DNA of 64,000 nucleotides from Anthoceros angustus (GCA_010909165.1 MU008159.1:248001-312000); one strand, 5' to 3'; numbered from the stretch's first letter, positions 24,677-37,851 are shown. Notes: generated by a model not told the origin, from the letters alone. Made by a program: numbers and translations.

Positions 24677-26432
24677 TCACGGTCGACCCTTAAAACCGCA
24701 ACATCCATTTGCGAATCGATGGCGACGGTACCCATGCCGTACAACAATGCCTCTCTGTTCAAGCCTTGACATGATCTCCGTAGAATTGTAGCAGTCGCTG
24801 TACATGCGTAGATTCTTCGTTACCGCCAGAGGCCTTTCCCTTCTCACAGTGGCTTCAGCACCAACTTTGTGAGGTACGTGGCCTCTTTCCAGCTTCAGAC
24901 GTGCATTAGAGCTCTCTACCTTAAGCCCAATGTCCTCTCTCCTTTCTCCCACCAGATCTCGCAATGCTCGACAGTAGGTTCCATGCCATGCTGTTCAGCC
25001 ATGGGATCAGAGTGCTTGCGACCATCGTGGACCAGTCCCTCATGACTGCATGCTACTAGAAGGCAAGAAAAAAAACAGCAGCAGGCTGAATACCGGCAAC
25101 TAACATCTCCTCAAAACAAACTAGTGCTGTGTGACCATCATCACAAGTACCAAACCAAGATATCAGGGCATTCCACGTCACCACATCCTTTGTGGCCAAG
25201 CTGTCAAAAACCCGGCATGCATCTTCCAGTTCACCACATTTTGCATACATGTCCACCAGGCAGTTGCCCGACACTATGTTATCCAGCAGTCCTCTTTCAA
25301 CAATCTGTGAGTGCAGCTGCCTGCCCTTCTGTCAGGCACCAGTGCTTGCACGGGCCTTCAGAAGGGCATCCAGGCCAAGCGCGTCTTGGCCTGGCCCTTG
25401 CTGTGCATACCCGCCTATCAGGGCTTCCATGTCACCACATCCTTTGTGGCCAAGACGTCAAAGACCCTGCGTGCATCTTCCAGTTCGCGACATTTTGCAT
25501 ACATGTCCACCAGGCAGGTGCCAACAGACAAGTTCGGAGGAAGGTATGCAACAAATCAAAGTGCACTTTTCGGCCAGATTCCAAGTCGGCGGCAAAGGCA
25601 CAAGCTTGAAGGGCCGCTGCAAAGACTGAGCGTCCTCCTTTACTCCTGATCTACGCATCTCAAGGTACAGTTTCAAGGCCTCAATAGGTTTCCCGTGCCT
25701 AGCATGTGCAGAGATTATGGAAAACCACATGAAGGCATCTCGTTTGCCCACCCCGGTGAACACATCCAAAGCCTCCTGCAGCCGACCTCCCAATGCATCC
25801 ATACGCAAGATAAGGTTCCCCAAGTATGCATTCGACTCGTACCCAAGTTTGACAGTGAGGTCATGAACTCGTCGCCCCACAACCAGATCCTTCTTAGCTG
25901 CACAGTTTTAACACGGTGTAAAACAGAGACTGAGAAATCGCAAAATCTGTCTGCGCCAGAGATTCCAGGGCTCCAAAGCTTCCCTGCTCACAAAACGGGG
26001 CGCACGGTTAAAGCCGTCACGGCACCCATCGCCGATCCTGCACGCCTGCCACTTGAAAGGAGAGGCACTATGACCCATCTGCATATCCAAGGAAACAAGC
26101 TGCTCATCAACCCAAGCGGGCTTAAGCATGCTGTTTAACCACAGGACTTCGCCGGACCCCTTACGGAAGTCAGGCGAAAGGGAGCTCTTCTTATCTCGTC
26201 TGTTGTCCCACCACATGGTAAGGTCCCAGACAAATTGTCGCCACAAGTGCTCCTGCTCCTGGCGACGAGCATCGCTGGAAAATCCGTCCCCATCCACACA
26301 TTTTCTAGGAAGTGGCAGTGCTGGGCACCTTGCACTGCTGCACATGGTGGCTAGGTTGTTCGCCGGGAATTGACTACCTGAAGCGAGGTGGGCGGGAGCC
26401 AGACACCGATTTGTTGGGTCCACTCTGGCCAT
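24677..26432 (-). pseudogene. PLS-class PPR protein with N-terminal OSB 'PDF' motif and C-terminal DYW:KP (GRP-type) remnant; frameshifted and internally deleted
   Basis: PPR motifs GRRVH, LVDMYAKCGELEDACRVFD, DVVTWNALI, ACSHEGLV lie in different frames. C-terminus VGERREDIGLKV...GHVPH...VTKNLRMYSDC...HRFANGCCGFKGRP*. N-terminus LW..F....WWDNR..K....PDFR...GEVLWL....PAWV. Confidence 0.85.
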
Positions 26433-27006
26433 CGTTCAGGCACCACTGTCGGGACATGAGTCTAACAAAAACCCATTGGCAGGATGCCCAGGTCTATGGT
26501 CACACCCTCCAGGAGGGCAGGCGGTATTTTTGTCAAGAACCACCGGCAGAAGACACCAATACTAACAATAGGAATGTGGAATAAAATGGTTCCCGAGTAG
26601 ATGGGACACCCCGGTGTAGCGAGGATGCCAGGTCTCCGACACGCTTTTCTTTGTGTGCTCAAGAGGTGCGTGGCAGACAAGGATTTGGTTTGTGGGTGAG
26701 CGCGTGCATGCTCTGGTAGTCCAACGGGGGTACGGCTCGAATGCATTCTTGGCCAATCATATCATAGGGATATAGCAATTACCCAAGAGTCGAAGCAAAA
26801 GTGCTCCTAGAAAACATCACTAACCACCCAGATGCGTGAGGTGCAAAAATGAGGCAGTCGGCATTTACCTGCGAAGAAGCTGGTCATGATCAGAAGCTGG
26901 CTCAAATGGATCAGGGACGAAGATTTAACACACGTCTGGAAAGATGTGATCTTACCGACATGAAATCCTGAAGAGGAACAAGACTTGCAGTTCTTCTGAG
27001 GAGTAG

Positions 27007-27954
27007 TCACACAGCAGGGGCCTGGTGAGGAACCTGACTCAGCTGCCAAACAAGCTGAAGTGTCAAAAGTAGAACCCTGACATTTGTCCACAAGACTGCC
27101 GGGGCCATGGAGGATAACGCACATGACTCAAAATGGGGACCCAGTCCCAACCACGAGGCTTCTCTGCAGTAGCACCATATCTGTCGAAATATCGCCGTTT
27201 CTGAGATTTTGTCAACTTGTCTTTATCCTTTCCTTCCTTCCTGGTCGCACCTGGCTGTGAGTTGTCTGCAGGACCAGCACCATCCGAATCTCCTCCTTCA
27301 TCGTCATCCTGAAAGGTAATCAAAAGTAAGAAACTACTGTATATGATACAGATGCAATATGCTTGGTCTTACAAGTATTCAGCTTGTCCACAGTCCAGCC
27401 GTGTCGCAGCCGGATAGCTTACGATGTGGGAAACTGTTGGTTTGAGGGCATAGAATTCCACCAGCCTTTCCTTCAGCCATTCCACCAAGTTGTAACACAT
27501 GCTTTCCCCAAGCTGCTGAGAAGCCTGCACAAGACAACAAGACGTGGGTAGGTCCTGGACCTCACAACGTGGACCAACAGCAAGCTCGAGTGCAGCAGCT
27601 CAAACGAGACGTGAGCAGCTACCTCTCAAATTGGAAGGCATAAGGCGAATTGCTCGGTAAAGGTAAGAGCAGAGCAAAGACCTGTTGCAGCAACCCATCA
27701 ATGATGCTCTTCTTGACGAAGTCCGGATATGTGCTGTTGTTGATATTGCTGAGATTAAATTCTGGAAGCGCATCCGGGTAGCCAGCCAGCAGACTCACCT
27801 CGAGAAACAAAGGAGGAGGCATACTTGCCGAGGAAGCCATATCCTCCTGCTCGCTGGGATCGATTCTGATGCGAAACCGATTCTCACTTGTTTTACTGAA
27901 ACTGTCGTAGAATATAGCTTCCAAAGCCATCAGCTCCTCTTCGATCACCTCCAT
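27007..27954 (-). CDS. RWDD4: RWD domain-containing protein, RWDD4-like
   Basis: MEVIEEELMALEAIF, YPDALP, LGESMCYNLVEWLKE; C-terminal LTKSQKRR...PRGWDWV..LSH|LS, typical of RWDD4. GT-AG introns; stop at 27007-27009. Confidence 0.85.
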
Positions 27955-28981
27955 GTCCACGTGAGCTGGGAAAAGACAGCCCTTGCAGAGTCCACAAAAA
28001 ATTCGCAACAAGCAGCCTAGGGCTCTGGTACTTTGAATTAAGAATCGTCCGATGGTCACCAATACGTCTCGGAGTCTTTTTAAGCTCTCCATAAAATCCT
28101 TACATGGGAATTAGACTCCATTAAGGGGTAGGAGCCTGCAGACCACCTTGTAAGGTAGGACTCTCGGATGGCCAACGGTGGACTCCGGACCTCCGGACGG
28201 CGTGGATTTGTGCCTGTGGTGTATGGATCTGAAAAACCCAAATTTGTTTGTGTCGTAGAGAAATGGATGTGAGCAGCTCTCGGTGGGTAATCGGCTCGTA
28301 GGGTCCTGCGACAGAAATCTCAGTGATTCTGCTGGGTATCAGGTCTCTTCCTGAGTGTGAATTGTGCTGCACAGTCCACTCATGAGCTCTTCGGCTGGTG
28401 CAATTCCCCACTTTGGCTGGTTCAATTCCCCCTGCGACTGCATTCGTGCGTTCTTCTTCGTATAGCGGCCTTTAGTGCTCACAGATTTCGCCACTTGCAG
28501 AGGAGACTCATGGACTTCTTTGATCATTAAGCCTGGCCTGTGTTAACTGTGCTGAGCTGCTGAGGCTGAAGGCTGCATCTATCAATCTGCTGCAGTTGTG
28601 GGTCCTAGGATTGAGTGAAACTACTTTGGTGCTCTCGGCAGACATGTAGTGGGCGGCGCTTGCAATTTGTACTCGCCGGGAGCTTAGGAAGACCTACCTG
28701 TTGTTGATGGTTGCATTGGAATGTACATGTGAGACATCTGCCTAAACCCTAAACCCCGATCTGCCCTCTTGTTTCATTGCTGCAGAGAATTGTAACAGCA
28801 GAGGACTAACAATCAATGCGGTTGAAGTGCCTGGGTAGCTTGGGTGCTCTTACACAGTAAGCTATTTTGACGGTCAAGTTTTAGACTTGTGCATCCCTTT
28901 AGGCTGCTGGTGGGATGTGGGGGAATCAGTACTAAGCTCAGAACTGTGTATGGTGCTCTTGTTGCAGTGAGAGGCATCTAA

Positions 28982-30435
28982 ATGCAAGGCATGAGGCTGC
29001 GCCATGCAATGGTGTGTGCTAGCAATCAAAACCGGAGTATGGAGGCACATGCCCTGCTAAAGAGAGAAGGGCTTGATGTCAGCTCCTATGGCACTGGAGC
29101 CCACGTGAAGCTACCTGGCCCGTCCATTCGTGAGCCAAATGTCTACACATTTGGCACCCCTTATCGTCAGATGTTTGAAGACCTCAAGAGAAAAGATCCT
29201 GACTTGTATCCATTTTACTTTGTCATACAAAACTGGGTTTGACAGTGATTGTTGCACGAGATAGGTTGCAACTGTAAGGTAGCCAGTTCAAGCACGCTCT
29301 GAGGAGGGAAAGCTTCTCTCTGGTGATGAGATGGGTCCATGTTATTCGAAGCAGATCCGCTCAGAACATTTTTTCCTCCTCGTAGATAAATTATCTTCTG
29401 TGATTGGAACAGAAGTTCTGGTGGTGATATTGTGTCTCATGCGTCTCTTATGTTTTGGTGCATTCGTGCTGCAATAAGGTAGAAACAAGTTGCTTGGTGT
29501 GTAAGATCGCCAACAGTATGAAAAGGAGAACCATTCATGTGTGTCGTATTGATTGGCTTTGAGCAACTGCTCGTACAGCTGCAATTTTCTCGTCCTAGAG
29601 GGACAAGTCAGAGTTTGTTTTCTGCTAAAAAAGTCCGCCAAGCTCTAACGAGTTTCGAAGATAACTGCTGTATTCCAGTCTGATTTGGTGTTGCTTATCT
29701 GTCGGTCTGTCTTGTCTGGTTTGGTCATGTCTCACATGGGACTTAGGAACTCTTGAAGTTATTGGAGTAGTCCTTAACAAGTTGCCCAGATATAAAAGAA
29801 ATGGACTTCTGCAGATGTTGAAACGCAACATGAATGTGAAGGAGGCACCACAGCGATGGCAGGACAATGCCCCCGATGGACCGTTTGACATTGTGTTGAC
29901 GTTTGAGGAGAGGGTATTTGATATCGTCAACGATGGTATGTATTGGCTTGCCCAAAGAGCCCTTTGCTGAGATTTGCATATGAACTTATTATTGCTTTTG
30001 CTTGAATGGGGTCCTTGCAGACCTACAAAACAGGACACAAACCCTGATGAAATGTGCTCTGGTCGTGAATCTGGATGTCAAGGACAACCATGAAGAGGCA
30101 GCATCAGGTGCCAAGTTGGTTCTTGAACTCTGCCAGAAGGTAAATATCCTCACCAGGGACTTGAAATTTTATTTAGCACGTCATGTGCTCACTGAGTATG
30201 TCCTTAGCGTGCTTGTTTGTTTGGATGTTCATGTAATCTTCCCACTTTAACGAATGCTGCATGTAATCTCACTAGTGTTTAGCTCGTCAGATTTGTTGTT
30301 TAGTTGGTGTCTTAGCTTAAGCTTTCAATGCAGCTGGAGGATGCGGAATCATGGGAGCTAGAAATCGAGTCCATCATCTTGCAGTTCGAAAAACAGTATA
30401 GAAGGCGACTATTATACAACATCTGCTTCTACTAA
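28982..30435 (+). CDS. SSU72: RNA polymerase II CTD phosphatase Ssu72
   Basis: Catalytic VCASNQNRSMEAH, SYGTG..VKLPGPS, YKRNGLLQML, FEERVFD, DVKDNHEEA, ends ICFY*. Four exons; the first intron is U12-type. Confidence 0.96.
29206..29789 (+). other. U12-type (minor spliceosome) GT-AG intron in SSU72
   Basis: Donor GTATCCATTT; branch point TCCTTAAC at 29771-29778, 11 nt from the intron end. Removal gives in-frame ...DPDL-YKRNG. Confidence 0.85.
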
Positions 30436-31051
30436 CCTCTTCTTGTAATGCCCCGCCTGTTATCCACCATTGTTGAAGTTCTCAACTGTCACACGTATAT
30501 GGTGAGCTCCTGTCTATGCCATGTCCAGAGCTAGCAGTTCGAATCTGCCCTCTGTATTACGTCACTTGGTACTAGAAGTCACACGGTTCAAATCGTCTGA
30601 CTTATTGTGTAGCCCACAACAGAAGCACAGCCACTCTGCTTCGTATTTCAAGTAGCCGCTGCAGATCAATGGAATTGTGATTTCTCGTTTCCTGCTTGCT
30701 GTAGGAAAAAGGCTGCCCTGGCTGTTGTGCAGACTCGGCGCAGCTTCTCACGCAGTATGCAAGGGTAGCAGGTTATGCTGACGACATTCTAGACGTTGTT
30801 GTGTGTCCATTTCTCCGGATGAACAATCGCAGGACCGAGCACTGTCCCGAGCATTCGGAGACCTATCGTTATTTATGACCATGCACATGCCTACCAAGAT
30901 TTTAAGTACTTATACAAGTGACAACTACAAGGTTAAAGTCCACAAGGACGTTTAAGCTGCGAGTTCGCAGCTTGCCAACGACTGAGCGCTGCGAACGAGG
31001 CCACTGGCATAGGTTGACATATACAAGCTTCTGTGCGTGTATGCAGAAATA

Positions 31052-34000
31052 TTACTCTTCCTCCTCTTCTTCCTCGTCTACCTTCTCCTCTGCACCTTCA
31101 GCATCAGCCTCGGCAGCAGCAGCAGCAGCAGCTTCGGCAGCCTCGGCAGCAGCTGCTGCTGCCGCCTCTGCCTTTCTTGCTGCTGCTGCAGCGTCAAGTT
31201 CATCTCTGGCTTTCTTATCTGCAGCGGCCTTGTCTATAGCCTTTCTTCCGGTCTCTGCTGCACCCAATCTTGTGGCTTTGTTGGTCGCTAGTTTCACCTC
31301 CAACTCACCTAGCATCTTGCTCATTTCAGCTTCAGCTATGGACTGTTGAGCAGCCAGCACAAGAACACCTGTGTCAGTTCAAAACTCACGAGGAGTCCAA
31401 AGTTTGCTGTCCTATCAATGGCATGTTCATAATCAGCGCACAGAAGCCCAGACCTCATAACTGAGTTACTGGAAACTATCCTTTCCTCCACTTTCTATTC
31501 AAATTCGTGACGGAAACTACACATGTGCTGAATACCCACCTTCTGGAGAGCCTGATACTTGTCCTTCATTGCCTCATGCTTGGTTACTTGCTTTGAGATC
31601 TTCTTCATTGCACGAATCCATTGGTGTCCAAGCTGCAATATTAGCCAACCTTCCACGTGAACCATACTACAAAAACTTGACCATGAAATATGGAATCTGA
31701 ATGTTCAGGCTTCACTTGCTGCTCAGGATTCTCTGGATTGTGTCACGAAAAGAACCATGGAAATATGCAACGAGAGTTCTGGATTTAACCCTTACATATA
31801 CGATTGGTGCCTCGACAGCCAGGAGCTCCCTGGTTATGGTCTGCCATCACAAAACCAGGATTTAACTTGCGGACACTCCGAACGAAATGAACACGTAACA
31901 GAATTTAGAATCGGGATTTTAATAGAGGCCCTCACATCTAGACATTGTTTGACAAATTTCCAGCGCCCAGCATCTGGCTTTTGAAATGCGTCAAAGCCCT
32001 CCAGCTCCTATTCAAATAGTAGACTCTCACGTTACATCGGAATGATATCTTGACGAAGCGTGCTCTTGTTGATAGACCAAACGGGAACTCACCTCATGGA
32101 AGTGCTCATCCACAAGAAATCGGGCCTTCAACCAGTCACAAATCACTTCCCTCTTGTGGCCAAGGATGTGAAGCATTGCCTGTAAGGAGAGAGCTGAAGG
32201 TTAAAAGGTTGGAACGGGTGATACAAGTTCAGTCCCAAATACAAGGCTTAGGTGAATGACCGTAACCTGCAGGACCCGATAACCATTGGTTGAAGGGTAA
32301 AGCCACCTCTTAACTCGTGGAAATTCTTTATCCTGCATGACTCCATCAGATGCAGTCATCGGAACCACATGTTGGGAGCACAACGGGCATAGGTGCCACA
32401 CAGATAATTTGAAAAGTAATGGAAAACGTGATTCAACAGCGCACCTTTACTTGCTCGATGGTAGTGGAAATTGCTGATAGAAGCGACTGCAAGTACTCCA
32501 ACTGAGACTGGGACTTCGTAATCTCCTCTGTCAGCTTCTTTGCTTTCTCACCGTGCTTTTCTAGAAGAGCTGTTACCTTCTTCAAATTCTTTGTGAGCTT
32601 TGCAACCTCCTTCTTCTGTGTCTTTACCAAATTCTTCTCCCTCTTCAATCTATCCTTCTCAGCTTGCTTTCTCTCTTTCTCAGCCTGAATCTCTGCTTTC
32701 TTTTTGGCTATAGCTGCTGCTTTGTCTGCCTTCTTTTTAGCTTTCTCTGCTTTGATTCTTTCTTTCTCTGGATCGAGCGCTTTGACTGGTTTCACAGGTT
32801 TCACCTTCTTCTCCTTCTTAGGGCGTTCCTCACCTTCCTCTCCCTCCTCTTCCTCATCCTCCTCCTCCTCCTCCTCCTCCTCTTCCTCTTCCTCTTCCTC
32901 CTCCTCCGCCTCCACCTCCTCTTCTGGTTCCTCCTCTTCCTCCTCCTCCTCCTCTTCTGGTTCCTCCTCCTCCACAACCTCCGCCTCCTCCTCCTCCTCC
33001 TCCTCCTCCTCCTCCTCCTCCTCCTCTTCCTCTTCCTCTTCCTCTTCCTCCTCCTCCTCCTCCTCCTCCTCGCCCTCCTCGCCCTCCTCTTCCTCACCCT
33101 CCCCCTCTTCTCCTTCACCTTCCTCTCCCTCCTCTCCCTCTGCTTCAGAATCAGACCAAAACTCAGATTCTAGTTCTGCTTCCTCATCATCCCCTCCTTC
33201 CTCCCCTTCAGCTTTCTCTCCTTCTTCACCTTCCTCTCCCTCCTCCTTTTCTTTTCCTTCTTCTTCCTCCTCTTCTTCCTCTTCTTCCTCCCCCTCCTCC
33301 TCTTCCTCCTCCGCTTCCTCTTCCTCCTCTTCCTCCTCCTCCTCCTCCTCCTCCTCTTTTTCAGCTTCCTCTGCTTCCTCATCCCCTTCCTCGCCCTCTT
33401 CCCCTTCCTTATCCTCACCTTCTTCTAAGGGTTCTCCCCTTGCCTCTGCCTCTGCTTTCAACCTAGCCTTGTCCTTCTCCTTCTCTTTCTTCAACCTAGC
33501 TTTCTCTCTGGCCTTCTCTTTCGCTAGCTTTGCCTTCTCCTCAGCTTTCTTCGCCTTCTCTTCAGCCTTTTTGGCTTTGGCCTCCTCCTTGTCTCTTTTC
33601 CTCTTCTCCTTTTCCTCTTTCTTCACAGACTTCTGTCTGGCCTTTCGTGTATCTTTCAGATGCTTGGTCAAATCCTTCATTATCGTCACAGTATTCTGAT
33701 CTTTAAGATTCTCTTCATGGTTCTGGTGGATCATCTCACTCATTGCTTTCGCTGCTGCGTTCATGAAGTCTAGTTCTGCAGGCAAAAAGGGCCTGCCATG
33801 ACCTGCTATCTCAGCTTTCAGAGTATCTGCATAAAGCACTCCTACAACCTGAATGCACAAGTTTCAGTCAGAGTAGAGAAGACGAGACAGAAATAAGCGT
33901 TCCACATCCGACAGCTGCTCACTGTCCCACCTGCTGCTGCTTTGGAATTATTACGCCTGTCTTTTTGTCCTTTATCTCCGTCTTTGGTAACCCGGTCATG

Positions 34001-34780
34001 ATTGTGATAGGCGCAGCATAGAGAGCTCCAACCCTCGGGAGTTTCCCAAAGAAGTGGATACCTGAACACGGGACGAAATTGTTTCAATTTGAGGGACCAT
34101 CCAGACCAGGACACAATCCTGCATCCCTGGGACTTGTTATTTGGTTTTAGAGGCTAACAAGAAGGCAAATTACTGGTCTGTGTTGGAGCCACCTACCTTC
34201 TTTGTACATCACATTTGGGATGTGAACATCCTTCTGCCCTTGACCATTTTCAATCATTTCAAATGTAACGGGTGCCTAGCGCAGACAGAGATTCAGAAAA
34301 TTTAGAATCCAACACAACCTAAGTACAAGATTTTGCAGACAAGATTGAACTCAGGACCTGTTGCATATATGGACAAAAGAAGACTGTGTCCTTTCGCAAA
34401 GAAGCTCATTGTTGAATCTTTGGACTCACACTTCTATTTGCTACCCTATTCTCCAATCTACAAGGCTCCCAGTAAAAAGACACATACAGTCGACTTCACT
34501 TGACTTCGCCACTCTCCCTCATCCAGGAGGATATAAGGTTCAGAGATGTACCTCTTTCTTTTTCAGCTTTTTATCGTGAATAAATTCACTCGGTGGTGTC
34601 TCCAATGTATACACCAGAATCTTTTTCTTGTACTTCAAAGGCTTGGGTGGTTTCTCTTTTTTCTTCTTTTTTTTCCCTTCACCCTCCTCACCTTCCTCCC
34701 CTTCTGCACCCTCCTCCCCTTCCTCACCCTCTTTGCCCTCCCCTGCCTCACCTTCATCTTCCTCGCCTTCCTCCTCCTCC

Positions 34781-34815
<35 letters not shown>

Positions 34816-35483
34816 CTCTTCTTCCTCTTCTTCTTCCTCCTCCTCCTCCTCCTCCTCCTCCTGCTCCTCTTCAACCTCGCCCTCCTCCCCTTCCTCCCCC
34901 TCCTCTCCCTGTACCACAACCTTTTCTTTCTTTGCTTCCCACGGCTTGTCAATCAACACTGCAATGTAGGCTGAACTGCAACCTGGTCTCACATTGTCCA
35001 CCAGCCGGTTGAGAATGAGTACTTCCGCACAGAATTTGGTGGCAGCAGCAATTGAACACCAGTGACTCATAGAGATTACCTAGCAAGTCCAGATGCACAA
35101 CTTTCTGACAAGAGTAAGCAACCTAACATGATCACCGGTGGAACTATACTTGTGAATGTCGTGATAGCCTGCAGACACACTCTCCACAGCTTGTAAGGGT
35201 CATCCTTGATAGTCCGAAGATGATTCAACGCTGATGTCTTGAGGCTCTTATCTTCATCTTCTTTGAGCAGCTTCTGCTTTACTGTATCCTGCTTGGCTTT
35301 CTCTTTCTCAAACTTCTCAATTTTTTCCTTGTAAAATTCCTTCAACAAAGCTGCATTTTCCACATGCTTGTGCAGCCACCAGCTTAGGTAGTCTACAGGA
35401 TCTGCAGGTGCCGCAATTGCCACAGCTGCACATCCGCGTGAGAGCACTTTCCCTAATGTGCTCTTCAAGTAATCAAAATCCAT
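31052..35483 (-). CDS. Flagellar radial spoke protein 2-like (N-terminal Dpy-30 motif, GAF-like segment, very long Glu-rich tracts)
   Basis: Dpy-30-like MDFDYLKSTLGKVLSRGCAAVAIAAPADPVDYLSWWL; VTFEMI...HIPNV; GVLYADTL; coiled coils; poly-E tracts at ~32830-33420 and ~34680-34920; Ala/Glu-rich tail ending at 31052. Confidence 0.7.
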
Positions 35484-37009
35484 CCCAAAGACGACAATGC
35501 CTGACCTTAGGGCAACTCGTGTAGGTGCAGCCTTCGCAGATCACATGAAAGGAGCGGGGGATGGAATGAAGACAAGTTCATATGAGAGACAAGGAATAAA
35601 AGAAGCAACGAACTTGCATGTGTTCTAACTACCCCACAAACATCCATGGAACTCAAGTGTCACCCAACCACCTTGCCTAGTCAAGAAGTAGGTCAGCAAA
35701 ATGTCTTTCCCCCAACTCATGATTCAACAGCAAAAACATCTCTTTCAGCAGATGCGGAAAGTAGCCCTCAGAAAATTTCATCCCCTTATGAGCAACGAGC
35801 GTGATATGCAGCACACGGCAGATCGTCGAATCGTGGAAGAATTGAACCCATGCTCAAAAAGAATTTGTCAAACTTTCAGGTAGACGCCGATCTCTGCACT
35901 CTGGACAGTAATGCGGATCCAACATACTACCAAAAAATTGTCTTTGTATTCCAAGAAAACGATGTACAGCCGATTGCAACTGAAACTAACAGAGCGCACA
36001 CCGAAGCTGCTACAGCAAGCAGTCCAATTGTCAGATACTACAAAACCTATCCAGCGTTGATGCAACGCGTGAAACAGGGTCCCACAGTCTTCGACGATGC
36101 CGGCTTGAGTTTGCCCGCATCAACGAGATCTGACGCAAGAAGAGAAACACCGCTTGCAAGAAGGTCATTACTCGCTCCAACTACCACTAGTAGTGCACAT
36201 CACCCTTGCTTCATGCATTCTAGCGAAAACTTCTAATCCGCAATCATCCGTCAGAGTAGATCTTAAAATAATTATTAAAATTATATACCACCTGGGTTTA
36301 CTATTATTTCTAAAATTAAAAGTTCTGGAGTTTCACGAACCAATTTCAAAGTTGTGCACTACATTTCTTTTTGTCGACATGCCCTTGGTGAGGGAAAAGT
36401 GTACTAGAATGCAAAGAAGCTATGCATAAAGGGAATTCTTAAGTAGGAGAAGTTGCCTACTTTCACTTGGTGCACTTAGTGTAGGTTACGTGGCTTTCTT
36501 ATGGAGAGATGAGTTGGTGGTGGTTAATTCTCGTCCATACTTTTGTCTGCACGAAATATATCACCTTTTGAGTAATAGAGTCTAGCGCGTCACTTCCTAC
36601 TAGTAATAATCTCTAATGTCACTTATGACTGTAGGAACAAAAGTTTAGAATGATTGTTAGAATTACGTAGGTATTTACACCATTCTTGATCTATTATCCT
36701 TTAGAATTTTTCACAATATATATAGATTTATAGTTGATATTATTATTATTATAACCAATAATTAAAATACTTTATTTAATAAAATAAATGAATTTATTCA
36801 ATCAAATAATTAATATAAATTATATTTTATATTTTATTGAGGTAGATCGATCGAAGAAAACCCATCCAGCAGGGACAACTAAGGTGGACCCCGGGGCTCA
36901 AGGTGAAAATAAGCGACTTAATTTCTCATCTAAAGTTACCTAATGCTCCTAGAATATCATACTACTCCTAAAATATCATATGTAGGAAGAACAAATGGCC
37001 TACAAACTG

Positions 37010-37255
37010 CGGAGGAAGAGGAAGAAGCGCCACCGCCAAGGAAGAGTTCGGAAGAAGCGCCACCGCCGCCAAGGAAGAGTTCGGAAGGAAGAAGCGTCAC
37101 CTGCCGTCGCCGAAGGAAGAGTTCGGAAGAAGCATCACTTGTTGTCGCCACCTTGTGAAGGATTACTGGAATAGGAAGAAGCTTCACCTTGTGAAGAATT
37201 ATTGGTAGAGGAAGAAGTGTGACTTGCCGTCGCCACCTTGTGAAGGATTGTCGTC
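37010..37255. repeat. Degenerate short tandem repeats (GAAGAAGCGCCACCGCCAAGGAAGAGTTCG-like)
   Basis: Repeated AAGGAAGAGTTCGGAAG and CGCCACCTTGTGAAGGATT units next to a very AT-rich tract (36700-36840). Confidence 0.65.
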
Positions 37256-37851
37256 GACATGGGCCTTTTTGCCCTTTGTCAAGTATGTATTTTGTTAATA
37301 TAAAATACATACTTGACATTGCTGGTGCCATTTGAAAGTCACATCCGGCACGGAAACGGAGCCCATCACAGGCTTTTTCATTATGCCACCAATATAGGCA
37401 CATGTAGTTGGATGGGTTGATCCCATCTCGTTTTCCCTCAAGAAAATAACCCTCTCACAATGGGATTTGATATGTAATGCAATTCCTTGTTTCTCGTGTA
37501 TACGGAGCGTCCTTGCAGAAGCTCTCGGCCACTCCCTGAGCACGTCAATTCAGTTCCCGCTTCCGGAGCGTGATGGAGGCGGTAGGCTGGCCGGCTCCCG
37601 CCGGGGGAAGAACAACAGAGCGTGAAACTTGTGCGACGCGGCCCACTTGGCGGCGCTGCGTTTTTGCCCAGGCTCACTCGTCTTCCTGGGTCGAGTAGGC
37701 GGAGTGCGCAATTCTAGGCCTCACGGCAGGCTTCTCGTCAGAAAAGTGTTTTGTTTGCAGGAACTGCATTTCCAGACGCGGGCACGCGGGTGCCAGCGGG
37801 TGTTGCGTGGCCGGAGGTGACCTTTCCGTGAGCCCAGCAGATTGCCAGAGG

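Noticed and set aside
29240-29400. C/D-box-like words in the SSU72 intron suggesting a snoRNA
   Set aside because: No convincing C/D pair with terminal stem or rRNA complementarity seen by eye.
32664-35012. Long poly-Ser, poly-Leu, poly-Pro and poly-Arg ORFs
   Set aside because: Antisense and alternative-frame shadows of the GAG/GAA poly-Glu tracts.
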